Part shown: one piece after another, positions 37,508 through 49,350 of the stretch
Position numbering within the stretch: position 1 is the stretch's first letter
Layout of the letters: each line of letters starts with the position of its first letter
Assembly (NCBI GenBank): GCA_942491525.1
Contig: CALOBW010000055.1
Location: 328,106 to 392,105 of the forward strand
Direction of reading: 5' to 3'
DNA length: 64,000 bases
From: an uncultured Thermodesulfobacteriota bacterium
GTDB lineage: Bacteria; Desulfobacterota; Desulfomonilia; UBA1062
Program-made: the position numbers and the translations under genes
Notes under the pieces: generated by a model
Database searches by the model: none
What the model was told of the DNA's origin: nothing
The model's input: the letters and a program-made list of their open reading frames with translations, nothing else

Positions 37508-37522
37508 GGCGGTTATTTTAGC

Positions 37523-37561
37523 AAAAAAAAAAGGGTCCACACAATCTTGGATAGTGGACCC
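37523..37561 (-). promoter_or_regulatory. Hairpin plus U10 (terminator-like or leader structure) immediately upstream of the Smr gene start
   Basis: The minus strand reads GGGTCCAC-13 nt loop-GTGGACCC followed by U10, ending about 14 nt before the ATG. Confidence 0.4.
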
Positions 37562-37695
37562 CAAAAAGGAGGTCTATAGCGTTTTGAAAGGTATGCTATA
37601 GATGGCGGCTAATATACTTGGGATTAATTTTATGTCAAATATAATAATCCTATGGTATTTTTAGACTAAAATAAATTTGAAAGAGGGAAAAATTT

Positions 37696-38592
37696 ATGAA
37701 TATCCATCAGGTCAAAATCTTTTATATGGCTGCTCAGACCCTGAGCATCACCAATACAGCGAAAAAGATGCGCCTTTCCCAGCCTTCAGTTTCCATCCAG
37801 ATTAAGGATCTGGAAGAATCATTGAATGTCAGACTGTTCGATCGCATCAACCGCAAGATATCCCTGACCGATGCTGGTAAGGTTTTTTATGAGTACTCAG
37901 AGAAGCTGCTGGGTCTGATTGACGAGATCAACGGCGTCATGAGCGAGTTCAGCGGCGGCGACGCCGGTAAGATCGTGATCGGTGCGCCCAACACGGTCGG
38001 CAACTATGTGCTGCCCAGGCTGCTGGGTGAGTTCAAGGATCTCTACCCCAAGGGTGAGCTGGCGCTGACCATCCGCAACCGTCAGGAGACGCTTGAGTCC
38101 TGCCTGGCCGGCGAGCTGGACTTTGCCTTTATCCAGGAGAAGCCCAAGGGCTACCCCGACCTGAAGGCTGAACTCTACATGAAGGATGAGCTGGTTGTGA
38201 TCTGCTCGGCCAAGCACCGTTGGGCTCAGAAAGAGTCCATCACCCTGGAGGAGCTTAAGGATCCCAGTGAGACCTGGATTCTGCGGGAAGAGGGCTCCGG
38301 TACTCGCTCTATACTTGAGGAGTGGGGCGAGAAGTACGGCATCAGCCCCAAGGTGGCCATGGAGCTCTCCAACCCCGAGGGCATCAAGCGCGCGGTCGAG
38401 GCCAATCTCGGTATCGCAGTTGTCTCCAAGAACGTGATCCGCATGGAGGTTACCGACGGTGTGCTGATTAGACTCAATATTGCAGGGTTTAATACCGAGC
38501 GCGACTTCTATCTGGTTCACAACCAGAAGCGCAAGCGCATGCCGCTGATGGATAAGTTCTATGAGTTCCTGCTGGAGAAACGCGAAGTTTAA
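37696..38592 (+). CDS. LysR-family transcriptional regulator
   Basis: N-terminal HTH (IHQVKIFYMAAQTLSITNTAKKMRLSQPSVSIQIKDLEESLNVRLFDR) and a C-terminal LysR substrate-binding domain. Confidence 0.85.
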   Translation: MNIHQVKIFYMAAQTLSITNTAKKMRLSQPSVSIQIKDLEESLNVRLFDRINRKISLTDAGKVFYEYSEKLLGLIDEINGVMSEFSGGDAGKIVIGAPNTVGNYVLPRLLGEFKDLYPKGELALTIRNRQETLESCLAGELDFAFIQEKPKGYPDLKAELYMKDELVVICSAKHRWAQKESITLEELKDPSETWILREEGSGTRSILEEWGEKYGISPKVAMELSNPEGIKRAVEANLGIAVVSKNVIRMEVTDGVLIRLNIAGFNTERDFYLVHNQKRKRMPLMDKFYEFLLEKREV

Positions 38593-38619
38593 TCAGCTAA
38601 TATTAAGTAAAGTAGAGGA

Positions 38620-38650
38620 GGGCGGTGCCGTTGGTGCCGCCCTTTTTATT
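38620..38650 (+). terminator. Rho-independent terminator after the LysR gene
   Basis: GGGCGG...CCGCCC stem followed by TTTTTATTT. Confidence 0.6.
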
Positions 38651-38694
38651 TGTATGGGATGTGTGGATAGTGGCTGGTTGTATGTACTTTATTT

Positions 38695-39981
38695 CTATGA
38701 ACTACTATTCCTTCTCTTAGCAGATAGAATAAACGTCATAGCGAGCAAGATAATAAAACCAGATGTTATGACGATGAATGGAAGTATCAGCTTGGGTATC
38801 CTTACATTCATCATACTAATGAGATTAGTACCTCGATAAATATAATCTGTGTAGTAATCCAAGACCTGGGCATAAACTTTATGCCCGTTTGCTCCGTTCG
38901 TCATCACAATTAGTCCCGTTTCAAAATTTTCATCTATCGCTATGATGCTTCTCCATCCCGGTAGATTATGCCCTCTGTGAGAAATAATATGGTTCCCCCG
39001 AACAGATAGTGGTTCAATGCTGTAACCCAGGCCAAATCCGCCACTTAGAATTTCTATCAATGATTTATGGTTTTTCAGCTGCTCTTCAACCATCATTGCC
39101 TGCACTGTAGCTTGGCTTAATACAGGATTGCTAATCTTACCATTTTGATTCTTTATTGTTGCCAATAACCATTTTGACATATCCCTGGGCGTGCTGGATA
39201 AACCTGCTGCAGCTGAAGCAGAAAAGTGCACCGGCTCAGCTTGGATCATATTTGAGTCATAAACTGCCACATAGGATTCTATATCGGGGTCATCAAAAGT
39301 AGTATTTTTCATTCCCAAGGGCGCTATAACTTCTGCTTGCATAAACTCAGAGAATTTCAGCCCCGAGACCTCTTCAATTATTAATTGCAGTACAGTTGTT
39401 CCGCCTCCCGAATATTTGAACCTTGTGCCCGGTTCGATAGCAATGAAGACAGATTCATCTGCATCAATGGGATTGCTCAAAGTTTCTTCAATCCTTTGGG
39501 TGGGAGAATTATATGAAACACCATAAAATCCGCTCAACGAAAGACCTGCAGTATGACTCAGCAGTCTTCTGATGGTTACGGCTGAACTTTCAAACTCACC
39601 CTCGGGGAATCTCCATCTTGTTAGATATTTTTCAGCAGGATCATCCAGGTCAATCTTTCCATCTTGGGCAAGTTTCATTATGCCCCAAGCTGTAAATGGT
39701 TTGGATATTGATGCCATTTGAAAAAGGCTCTCCTCCATTATTGGAGTTCCAGCATCGATGTCAGCATGGCCATATGTTTTCAGGAAAGCGATCTCACCAT
39801 CTTCAATATAGGAGATAGCCACACCTGGGGTATCATATTTCTTTAGCAGACCTTCCACTTTTCTATCCAGGAAGTGGGATAACTCTTCAGATGTCTTGAA
39901 ATTATGGTGCGGAATCAGCAAGTAAACCCAGGAAACAATTATTACAATAATGTACGCGCTAATTATTCTGATTATATTCAT
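38695..39981 (-). CDS. Serine hydrolase of the beta-lactamase / PBP (class C-like) family with C-terminal membrane anchor; AT-rich foreign-looking gene
   Basis: SxxK active-site motif (MASISKPFTA), a beta-lactamase fold-like sequence, and a C-terminal TM helix. Codon usage is markedly more AT-rich than the surrounding genes. Confidence 0.7.
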   Translation of the reverse strand: MNIIRIISAYIIVIIVSWVYLLIPHHNFKTSEELSHFLDRKVEGLLKKYDTPGVAISYIEDGEIAFLKTYGHADIDAGTPIMEESLFQMASISKPFTAWGIMKLAQDGKIDLDDPAEKYLTRWRFPEGEFESSAVTIRRLLSHTAGLSLSGFYGVSYNSPTQRIEETLSNPIDADESVFIAIEPGTRFKYSGGGTTVLQLIIEEVSGLKFSEFMQAEVIAPLGMKNTTFDDPDIESYVAVYDSNMIQAEPVHFSASAAAGLSSTPRDMSKWLLATIKNQNGKISNPVLSQATVQAMMVEEQLKNHKSLIEILSGGFGLGYSIEPLSVRGNHIISHRGHNLPGWRSIIAIDENFETGLIVMTNGANGHKVYAQVLDYYTDYIYRGTNLISMMNVRIPKLILPFIVITSGFIILLAMTFILSAKRRNSSS

Positions 39982-40140
39982 CTACATATAGCTTATGCCG
40001 CGCCGGCATTTTGATAAACCCCAATATTGAACCACCAAAAACATCTCTTTGGACGGGTCAATTGAAAGTTGCAATTATTCGCCACAGCCAAACTATACAT
40101 AACTGCTATCTACCTCTCCAATCTCCTCATATCAATCAAC

Positions 40141-40183
40141 CTTTATTCAATAAGAAAGGCGGCGCATCGTTAGATGCGCCGCC
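40141..40183 (-). terminator. Strong Rho-independent terminator downstream of the PFOR gene
   Basis: 11-bp stem GGCGGCGCATC / GATGCGCCGCC with a GTTA loop, followed on the minus strand by a U-rich tract. Confidence 0.7.
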
Positions 40184-40209
40184 TCTCAGCGTTCAATACT
40201 TAGCTACTT

Positions 40210-43200
40210 TTAATCCTCGTCGTAGGACATGGCAGCCTGGCGCTTGTAGTTGTTGTAGCGCCACTTGGCGTTCTTCTCAGCGGCGGCAAAGAGCTTGTCG
40301 GCCACTTCGGGGAAGGAGCGCTTCAGTGAGGTGTAGCGAACCTCGCCGGCCAGGAAGTCCTGGAACTTGCTCCAGTCGGGTTCTTTGGAGTCGAGCACGA
40401 AGGGATTCTTGCCCTCTTCCTCGAGCAGCGGGTTGTAGCGGTAGAGGTGCCAGTAGCCTGCGTCGACGGCCTTCTTCTGCTCCAGCTGGGTCTTGCCCAT
40501 GCCGGCGCGGATACCGTGGTTGATACAGGGGGAGTAGGCGATGATCAGTGAAGGTCCGGGGTAGGCTTCGGCCTCGGTCAGAGCCTTCATGAACTGGGCC
40601 TGATTGGCGCCCATGGCAACCTGGGCCACGTAGACGTAGCCGTAGCTCATGGCCATCATACCCAGGTCCTTCTTGCGGATCTCCTTGCCGGAAGCGGCGA
40701 ACTTGGCCACTGCGGCTGCCGGGGTAGCCTTGGATGACTGACCGCCGGTGTTGGAGTAGACCTCGGTGTCCATGACCAGGATGTTGATGTCGTCGCCGGA
40801 GGCCAGCACGTGGTCAACACCGCCGTAGCCGATGTCGTAGGCCCAGCCGTCGCCGCCGAATGACCAGACGGACTTCTTGACGAAGTACTGCTCAAGAGCC
40901 AGGATGTCCTTGGCCATGTCGCTGCCGTCCTTCTTCAGTTCGGCGCTCAGTTTGGCGGAAGCTTCCTTGGAGGCGTCGCCGTCCTCCTTGGTGTCGATCC
41001 AGGCCTGCATGGCGCCCTTGAGGTCGGCGGAGATGCCGCCCTGCATGGCAGCGGTCATCTTCTCAACCAGGATGCTTCTCATCTTGTCGATGGCCAGCAG
41101 CATGCCGTAACCGAACTCGGCGTTGTCCTCAAAGAGGGAGTTGGCCCAGGCCGGTCCCTGTCCTGCGGGATTGGTGCAGTAGGGGGTGGATGGGGTTGAA
41201 CCGCCATAGATGGAGGAGCAGCCGGTGGCGTTGGCAATCATCATGCGGTCGCCGTAGAGCTGGGTGATGGCCTTGACATAGGGGGTCTCGCCGCAGCCGG
41301 CACAGGCGCCGGAGAACTCGAAGAGCGGCTGCAGGAACTGGCTGCCCTTGACGTTCTTGGTATTGAAGTAGCCGGCCTTGTAGCCAACCTTCTCATGCAG
41401 GTAGTGCCAGGCGGCATCCTGATCCCTCTGGCTGTCGAGAGGTTTCATGACCAGAGCCTTCTCCTTGGCGGGGCAGACCTGAACGCAGTTGCCGCAGCCG
41501 GTACAATCCAGCGGGCTGATCTGGATGCGGAAGCCGAGCTCCTCTTCCTTGATGCCCTTGGCCTTGATGAAGGTGGTGCCGGCCGGGGCAGCGGCCTGCT
41601 CGTCGGCAGTTGCCAGGAAGGGGCGGATTACAGCGTGCGGACAGACGTACGAACACTGGTTACACTGGATACAGTTCTCTTCGAGCCACTCGGGTACGTT
41701 CACCGCGATGCCGCGTTTCTCGTAGGCCGAGGTGCCGCAGGGCAGGGTACCGTCTTCGCGGCCGTTGAAGATGCTGACGGGCAGCTTGTCGCCCTCCTGT
41801 CTGTTGACCGGGATCACGTAGCTTTCGATGATCTCGGGCAGGTCGCCGGTAGCCGCGGAGGCTTCGACGGCCAGCTCTTTCCATTCGGGTTTGACTTCGA
41901 TCTGAACCAGGCCGCCTGAACCCTGGTCAACGGCGGAGCAGTTCATGTTGACGATGTCGTCGCCCTTGCTGCCGTAGGTCTTCTTGATGGCGGTCTTCAT
42001 GTAGTCAACAGCCTCGCTGTAGTCGATTACCTTGGAGAGGTAGAAGAAGGCGGACTGCATGATGGTGTTGGTACGGTTGCCAAGGCCGATCTCGGCGGCA
42101 ATCTTGGTGGCATTGATGGTGTAGAACTTGATGTCGTTCTCGGCCATGTACTTCTTCATGCTGTTGGGGATACGCTCGACGGTCTCTTCGGCGTCCCAGA
42201 TTGAGTTGAGCAGGAAGGAGCCGCCCTTTTTGAGGCCGGTCAGCATGTCGTACTGATCGACGTAGGCCGGCACGGAGCAGGCCACGAAGTCAGGATGGTT
42301 GACCAGGTAGGTGCTGCGGATCTCCTTCTGGCCGAAGCGCAGGTGAGATACGGTCAGGCCGCCGGACTTCTTGGAGTCGTAGGCGAAGTAGGCCTGGGCG
42401 TACATGTCGGTGTGGTCACCGATGATTTTGATGGAGTTCTTGTTGGCGCCAACGGTGCCGTCGGCACCCAGGCCGAAGAATTTGCACTCAACGGTGCCGG
42501 CCGGGGCGGTGGCGATCTCATCCAGCATCGGCAGTGAGAGGTTGGTGACGTCGTCGATGATGCCGATGGTGAAGTTGTTTCTGGGCTCGGCATCCTTGAG
42601 GTTGTTGTAGACGGATACGATCTGGGCCGGAGTGGTGTCCTTGGAGCTCAGACCGTAGCGGCCGCCGACGATAACCGGAGCGTTAGCTTTGCCGAAGAAG
42701 GCGTTTCTGACGTCCAGGTAGAGGGGCTCGCCATTGGCGCCCGGCTCTTTGGTGCGGTCCAGGACGGCGATTCTCTTGGCGGAAGCGGGCATGGCCTTGA
42801 AGAAGTACTTCTCGCTGAAGGGACGGTAGAGGTGGACGCTGACCAGGCCGACCTTTTCGCCCTGATCAAGCAGGTAGTCGATGGTCTCTTTGATGGTCTC
42901 GGTGACGGAGCCCATGGCCACAATCACGTTCTCGGCATCTGCGGCGCCGTAGTAGTCGAAGGGGTGGTACTCGCGGCCGGTGATCTTCTTGATCTCCTGC
43001 ATGTACTCTTCAACCAGATCGGGGATCTCGTCGTAGAACTTGTTGCTGGCCTCTCTGGCCTGGAAGAAGACGTCGGGGTTCTGGGCGGTGCCGCGGGTGA
43101 CCGGATGTTCGGGGTTCAGCGCGTTGTCGCGGAAGGCCTGGACATCTTTCATGTCGACCAGTTTGGCCAGGTCGTCATACTCGATGACTTCGATCTTCTG

Positions 43201-43740
43201 GATCTCGTGTGAGCTGCGGAAGCCGTCAAAGAAGTGCAGGAAGGGCAGTTTGCCCTTGATTGAGACCAGGTGGGCGATGGCTGAGAGATCCATGATCTCC
43301 TGACAGCTGCCGGTGGCCAGCATGGCGAAGCCGGTCTGGCGGGTGGCATAGACGTCGGAGTGTTCGCCGAAGATTGAGAGTGCCTGGGAGGCGACTGTTC
43401 TGGCGCTGACATGCAGTACGCCCGGGAGCAGCTCGCCGGCAATCTTGTACATGTTGGGGATCATCAGCAGCAGGCCCTGGGAAGCGGTAAAGCTTGTGGT
43501 CAGGGCGCCGGCCTGCAGTGAGCCGTGCATGGCGCCGGCGGCACCGGCCTCGGACTGCATCTCTGATACCTTGACAGTGTTGCCGAAAATGTTCTTCCTG
43601 CCGTGGGCAGACCATTCATCAATATACTCTGCCATGGTTGAGGATGGGGTGATCGGGTATATTGCAGCTACGTCGGTAAAGGCGTAGGCAATATGGGAAG
43701 CTGCCATGTTTCCGTCCATCGTTTTCATCTGCTTCGTCAT
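40210..43740 (-). CDS. por: Pyruvate:ferredoxin (flavodoxin) oxidoreductase, single-polypeptide form
   Basis: 1176 aa. Two 4Fe-4S ferredoxin motifs (CIQCNQCSYVCP, CTGCGNCVQVCP) and a TPP-binding domain with GDG, in the domain order typical of NifJ/PFOR. Confidence 0.93.
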   Translation of the reverse strand: MTKQMKTMDGNMAASHIAYAFTDVAAIYPITPSSTMAEYIDEWSAHGRKNIFGNTVKVSEMQSEAGAAGAMHGSLQAGALTTSFTASQGLLLMIPNMYKIAGELLPGVLHVSARTVASQALSIFGEHSDVYATRQTGFAMLATGSCQEIMDLSAIAHLVSIKGKLPFLHFFDGFRSSHEIQKIEVIEYDDLAKLVDMKDVQAFRDNALNPEHPVTRGTAQNPDVFFQAREASNKFYDEIPDLVEEYMQEIKKITGREYHPFDYYGAADAENVIVAMGSVTETIKETIDYLLDQGEKVGLVSVHLYRPFSEKYFFKAMPASAKRIAVLDRTKEPGANGEPLYLDVRNAFFGKANAPVIVGGRYGLSSKDTTPAQIVSVYNNLKDAEPRNNFTIGIIDDVTNLSLPMLDEIATAPAGTVECKFFGLGADGTVGANKNSIKIIGDHTDMYAQAYFAYDSKKSGGLTVSHLRFGQKEIRSTYLVNHPDFVACSVPAYVDQYDMLTGLKKGGSFLLNSIWDAEETVERIPNSMKKYMAENDIKFYTINATKIAAEIGLGNRTNTIMQSAFFYLSKVIDYSEAVDYMKTAIKKTYGSKGDDIVNMNCSAVDQGSGGLVQIEVKPEWKELAVEASAATGDLPEIIESYVIPVNRQEGDKLPVSIFNGREDGTLPCGTSAYEKRGIAVNVPEWLEENCIQCNQCSYVCPHAVIRPFLATADEQAAAPAGTTFIKAKGIKEEELGFRIQISPLDCTGCGNCVQVCPAKEKALVMKPLDSQRDQDAAWHYLHEKVGYKAGYFNTKNVKGSQFLQPLFEFSGACAGCGETPYVKAITQLYGDRMMIANATGCSSIYGGSTPSTPYCTNPAGQGPAWANSLFEDNAEFGYGMLLAIDKMRSILVEKMTAAMQGGISADLKGAMQAWIDTKEDGDASKEASAKLSAELKKDGSDMAKDILALEQYFVKKSVWSFGGDGWAYDIGYGGVDHVLASGDDINILVMDTEVYSNTGGQSSKATPAAAVAKFAASGKEIRKKDLGMMAMSYGYVYVAQVAMGANQAQFMKALTEAEAYPGPSLIIAYSPCINHGIRAGMGKTQLEQKKAVDAGYWHLYRYNPLLEEEGKNPFVLDSKEPDWSKFQDFLAGEVRYTSLKRSFPEVADKLFAAAEKNAKWRYNNYKRQAAMSYDED

Positions 43741-43901
43741 AAGTACCTCTTTCAGTTATTTTATTTTCATTACAACATAGGTGAAACTACGATTTCATAA
43801 GGGCAAGATAATAAATATAAGGCTTGAAAATAGTCAAGGGTTAAGTCTTTAACAGTCGTAAGTTAAGAGCCGCATGCCTCGGCTCTGCCAGTAAAATCTG
43901 C

Positions 43902-44219
43902 TTAATTGTCAGCCTCTTTGCGCGCTGCGTAGGATGTTATTTCGATGATGCGATTTTCCCGGATGCTGAAGATGTCGCAGAACCAGGCCTGGGTATCTTC
44001 AATGCGGCCCTCAAGCACAATATGTTTTTTGTCCGCGAAACAGCGGATGATCTTCAGCTCGGGCCACTGTCCGGCTTTGCAAGTTTCGAAGTTGTCAAGT
44101 CCCTGCTGGGGGCGGCGGCCGGTCTTGTACCACTGCACGGCGGGATCCAGCAGCGGCAAGCAGGCTTGAATGTTGCCGTTTGAGAATGCCTGGCAGGCGG
44201 CCAGTAGTTCGTCTCTCAT
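43902..44219 (-). CDS. Small SnoaL/NTF2-like fold protein (105 aa), hypothetical
   Basis: Clean ORF. The fold assignment is tentative, based on length and pattern only. Confidence 0.35.
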   Translation of the reverse strand: MRDELLAACQAFSNGNIQACLPLLDPAVQWYKTGRRPQQGLDNFETCKAGQWPELKIIRCFADKKHIVLEGRIEDTQAWFCDIFSIRENRIIEITSYAARKEADN

Positions 44220-44452
44220 CTTAAAAATCCCCTGTAATATAAGTCTCAGGGCAATAATAAGCAGCAGTCGTTGAGATGCAAAGTGGGGCTGCTAAAAGAT
44301 TCGATCAGATGGATATGCTTGACAATTTTGGGGTCTTATCCTTTAAGGTGTAGATTGTTGAATTAAGTTAACGATGTTCCGGCAGATCTCCCAGCTGTTT
44401 GTTGCGAGGGGGAGATTTGTCGCTAGATGTATAATAGATATGGAGATTTAGT

Positions 44453-45919
<1,467 letters not shown>

Positions 45920-45920
45920 T

Positions 45921-47753
45921 ATGCTGACACGTGAGCTGAAAATACTGCAGAGGATCACCGGGGCCGCGTCCCTTGCGCCCGATGTCGGGGCTGTGGCCGG
46001 CCAGATCCTTGACGTTCTGCTCACGGAGTGCGGCGCGCAGCAGGGCGCCATTATGCGGCCGGAGGGGCACTCGTTGACCTGTCTGGCCCGCCGGGGGGAT
46101 CTTCTGGATCTGATCGATCTGTCGGCCGAAGGTCCCAGCGGGGTTAAAACCCTGTCCGCCGGTCAGACGCTGGTCTGGCGCGCGCTGGGTTGCTGTGAAG
46201 CGGGCTGCGTGCTGCTGCTGGTTTATCCCGGCCGGTTCGATGAAGCTGATCTTCTGGACGCCATCCTGCCCAGTCTCTCGCTGGTGCTCTCAAATGCACT
46301 GATGAGTCATGTGCAGTCGGAGCTGGACGCGGTCCTGCGCGACACCCTGCCGGCGGATGCCGGCCGCAATATAATTAAAATCTTCAATCAGGTGTCTCTG
46401 GCGATTCTGACCATTGAGCTGGATGGGACGGTTAGCACGATCAACCGTCCGGGCTTGGAGCTGCTGGGCCTGCAGCCGGGCGACTCCATCGAGGCGCTGG
46501 TGGGCGGTTCGCTGCTGTCGCATCTCAAGGTTGATATGGATGATCTGACCCTGGATGTGCGCCATGGGGACAAGCTGCTGGCCCTGGATTTTGTCTATCT
46601 TGCGCTTAACCGCCGCATCCTGGTTTCGGTCAAAGATGTGACGGCTCAGCGTTTCCATGAGAGCCAGCTGCTGACGGTCAAGGCCCAGTACTACGACATG
46701 CTGGAGCACTCGGCGGACGCCATGTACATTGTGCAGGATAGCCGTTTTGTGCTGGCCAACCGCAAGCTGCAGGATCTGCTGGGCTATGGCGACGACGAGC
46801 TGATCGGTCAGCACTATCGCCACGTGATTCACCGGGATTCGCTGCGCACGCTGGCGGAGGCCTTTGATGAGTGCGGCCAGAAACTTTTCATTCCCAATCT
46901 TGAGATTCAGGCGCTGCGCCGGGATGGCAGCTCGCTCTGGCTGGAGATCAGCATCGGCCGTCTGCGCGGGGATGAGCGCGTCGGTTTTGCCGGTGTGGTG
47001 CGCGATATCAATTCGCGCAAAGAGATGCTGGAGATGAAGAATCGCTTCTTGAACATCGCTTCGCACGAGATTCGCGTGCCCCTGACCGTTATCCGCGGTT
47101 ATGCCCGCATGCTCAAGAAGAACCGCGATCAGAATCTGACCGCCGAGCAGCAGGAGTGCGTAGCTGAGATCTGCGGCCAGTGCGAGCGTCTGCTCAATTT
47201 CAGCAACTCGCTGCTGGAGCTGTCCAAGGCCAGTGACGGCTGTCTCAGCCTTGACCTCTCAGAACTTGATCTGGCCGAGGTTGTGGACGGGGTGGTGCGC
47301 AGCATGAATGTGCGCGCCCGGGAGAGTGAAGTTTGCGTGGCGGCGCGGCTAGATAGCGGGCTGCCGAAGCTGCTGGCGGACCGGGTCAAGCTTGAGCAGG
47401 CGGTGATCAACCTGGTCGACAACGCCATCAAGCACTCTCCGGCCGGTGCGGTGGTGCGGGTCGATGTGACCTCGGAGAGCGGCGCCAGCGAGACCCTTGA
47501 TAAGTTACTGCACCGCGACCGGATTGTAATTGCAGTTAAAGATTCCGGCAGCGGAATCCGACCGGCAGAAGCAGACAAGCTGTTTGATGAGTTTTTTGTC
47601 GGCAGCAGCGGTGCCAGGAAGAAGGGCATCGGGCTGGGGTTGGCCATAACCCGCGAGATTGTGCATGCCCATGGTGGTCATGTGCGCGCGATACCCTCTC
47701 AGAATGGTGGTCATTTTGAGATAATAATACCCTTGAACAGCCAGGGCGATTGA
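45921..47753 (+). CDS. Sensor histidine kinase with GAF and PAS domains (cytoplasmic)
   Basis: H-box ASHEIRVPLTVIRGY and HATPase motifs (DNAIKHS, DSGSGI, GIGLGLAI). It starts 2 nt after the ffh stop. Confidence 0.8.
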   Translation: MLTRELKILQRITGAASLAPDVGAVAGQILDVLLTECGAQQGAIMRPEGHSLTCLARRGDLLDLIDLSAEGPSGVKTLSAGQTLVWRALGCCEAGCVLLLVYPGRFDEADLLDAILPSLSLVLSNALMSHVQSELDAVLRDTLPADAGRNIIKIFNQVSLAILTIELDGTVSTINRPGLELLGLQPGDSIEALVGGSLLSHLKVDMDDLTLDVRHGDKLLALDFVYLALNRRILVSVKDVTAQRFHESQLLTVKAQYYDMLEHSADAMYIVQDSRFVLANRKLQDLLGYGDDELIGQHYRHVIHRDSLRTLAEAFDECGQKLFIPNLEIQALRRDGSSLWLEISIGRLRGDERVGFAGVVRDINSRKEMLEMKNRFLNIASHEIRVPLTVIRGYARMLKKNRDQNLTAEQQECVAEICGQCERLLNFSNSLLELSKASDGCLSLDLSELDLAEVVDGVVRSMNVRARESEVCVAARLDSGLPKLLADRVKLEQAVINLVDNAIKHSPAGAVVRVDVTSESGASETLDKLLHRDRIVIAVKDSGSGIRPAEADKLFDEFFVGSSGARKKGIGLGLAITREIVHAHGGHVRAIPSQNGGHFEIIIPLNSQGD

Positions 47754-47796
47754 TGTATTTTAGGCAAATTCCGCACCTTATAAAGATGATGTTATT

Positions 47797-49209
47797 ATGA
47801 TGGAGAGATTGAAAATCCTGGTTGTCGATGATGACGACAGTATTCGGGGTTACATAACTAGATTATTGGAGCAGACCGGCTACGAGGTTGTTTCGGCCTC
47901 GAGCGGGCGGGATGCTCTGCAGCTGGTACGCACCAATGACGATATTTCGCTGGTGCTGCTGGATATCATGATGCCCGAGATGGACGGTCTGGAAACCTTG
48001 GGCGAAATTCGTAAGATTACCGATGATGTGCCGGTGCTGATGCTCTCGGCCCTCGGGCAGACCAATACCATCGTCAAAGCCATGAAGGCTGGCGCAACCG
48101 ACTATCTGGTCAAGCCCTTCGAAGAAGAGGAGCTGGAGATGGCCATCACCAAGTCGATTGAGAAGAAGAAGCTGCTGGCCGAAATTTCGACCCTCAAGAA
48201 GAAGCTCAAGATTGATGAGCTCAAGGGCGAGTTTGTCTTTTCCAGCCCCAAGATGCAGGGCGTTCAGGATATGATTGATCAGGTGGCCGATACCGATGTC
48301 AGCGTTCTGATTGAGGGCGAGAGCGGTACCGGTAAGGAGCTGGTGGCCCGCGCGCTGCACTACCGTTCCAACATGAAGGACAAACCCTTCGTCAAGGTCA
48401 ACTGTGCGGCTCTGCCCCATGAACTGCTGGAGTCCGAGCTCTTCGGTTATGAACGCGGCGCCTTCACCGGTGCCTACAAGTCCAAGGCCGGTAAGTTTGA
48501 GCTGGCCAACAACGGCACCATCTTTCTGGATGAGATCGGTGAGATCGACATGGCCATTCAGGCCAAGCTGCTGCAGGTTCTGCAGGAGGGCACCTTCTCA
48601 CGCCTGGGCGGCAAGGCCGATGTGCGCGTCAATGTGCGCATTATCGCCGCCACCAACCGCGATTTGAAGACTCTTTCGGAAGAGGGTAAGTTCCGTGAGG
48701 ATATCTACTACCGTCTGAATGTGGTCAGCATCAAGCTGCCGCCCCTTAATCAGCGTCCGGAGGATGTGACCTATCTCTTCGAGTACTTCATGGAGACCTA
48801 TAACGAGAAGTACGGCAAGAGCATGACCGTTAATAAGGGTGAGGTCTACCCGTTGCTGACCTCTTACCGCTGGCCCGGCAATGTGCGTGAGATCAAGAAT
48901 ATGGTCAAACGGCTGGTCATTCTCGGCAACATCGACGACATGAAACGCTACCTCAGCAGCGGCGAGTCGCTGGTGGCCGAACGTCCCGCGGCTGATCCGG
49001 CCGAGGAGTACTATGATGAGGCCTCGGATGACGGCGAGATCATGCCCCTTAAGGTGGTGGCCAAGGAGGCTGCGTTGAAGGCCGAGCGCCGTATGATTCT
49101 GCGGGCCCTTGGGCAGACCAACTGGAACAAGAAGAAGGCGGCCGGCCTGCTCGAGATCAGCTATAAGGCCCTGCTTTATAAAATTAAAGAGTGTGGCATT
49201 GAAAAGTAG
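47797..49209 (+). CDS. Sigma-54-dependent response regulator (NtrC family)
   Basis: REC (ILVVDDDDSIRGY...LLDIMMPEMDG), AAA+ (GESGTGKE, GAFTGA) and C-terminal HTH. Confidence 0.85.
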   Translation: MMERLKILVVDDDDSIRGYITRLLEQTGYEVVSASSGRDALQLVRTNDDISLVLLDIMMPEMDGLETLGEIRKITDDVPVLMLSALGQTNTIVKAMKAGATDYLVKPFEEEELEMAITKSIEKKKLLAEISTLKKKLKIDELKGEFVFSSPKMQGVQDMIDQVADTDVSVLIEGESGTGKELVARALHYRSNMKDKPFVKVNCAALPHELLESELFGYERGAFTGAYKSKAGKFELANNGTIFLDEIGEIDMAIQAKLLQVLQEGTFSRLGGKADVRVNVRIIAATNRDLKTLSEEGKFREDIYYRLNVVSIKLPPLNQRPEDVTYLFEYFMETYNEKYGKSMTVNKGEVYPLLTSYRWPGNVREIKNMVKRLVILGNIDDMKRYLSSGESLVAERPAADPAEEYYDEASDDGEIMPLKVVAKEAALKAERRMILRALGQTNWNKKKAAGLLEISYKALLYKIKECGIEK

Positions 49210-49350
49210 CTGAATTTTCAGGTAATTTTCAGGCTTATTTTTTTGATTTCCCTTTTTATTGCGATTGCCTTATAAATAATCTGTTATTTCTGCAACTTGT
49301 ATCCGCACTCCTGATGATTAATGTTGTGCCCGGCAGGGCGAGGGTTGAAG

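Noticed and set aside
40011..40523. 170-aa plus-strand ORF spanning the PFOR 3' end and terminator
   Set aside because: It runs across an intergenic terminator hairpin and into the antisense of PFOR. The translation is Arg/Ser/Pro-rich with no start context.
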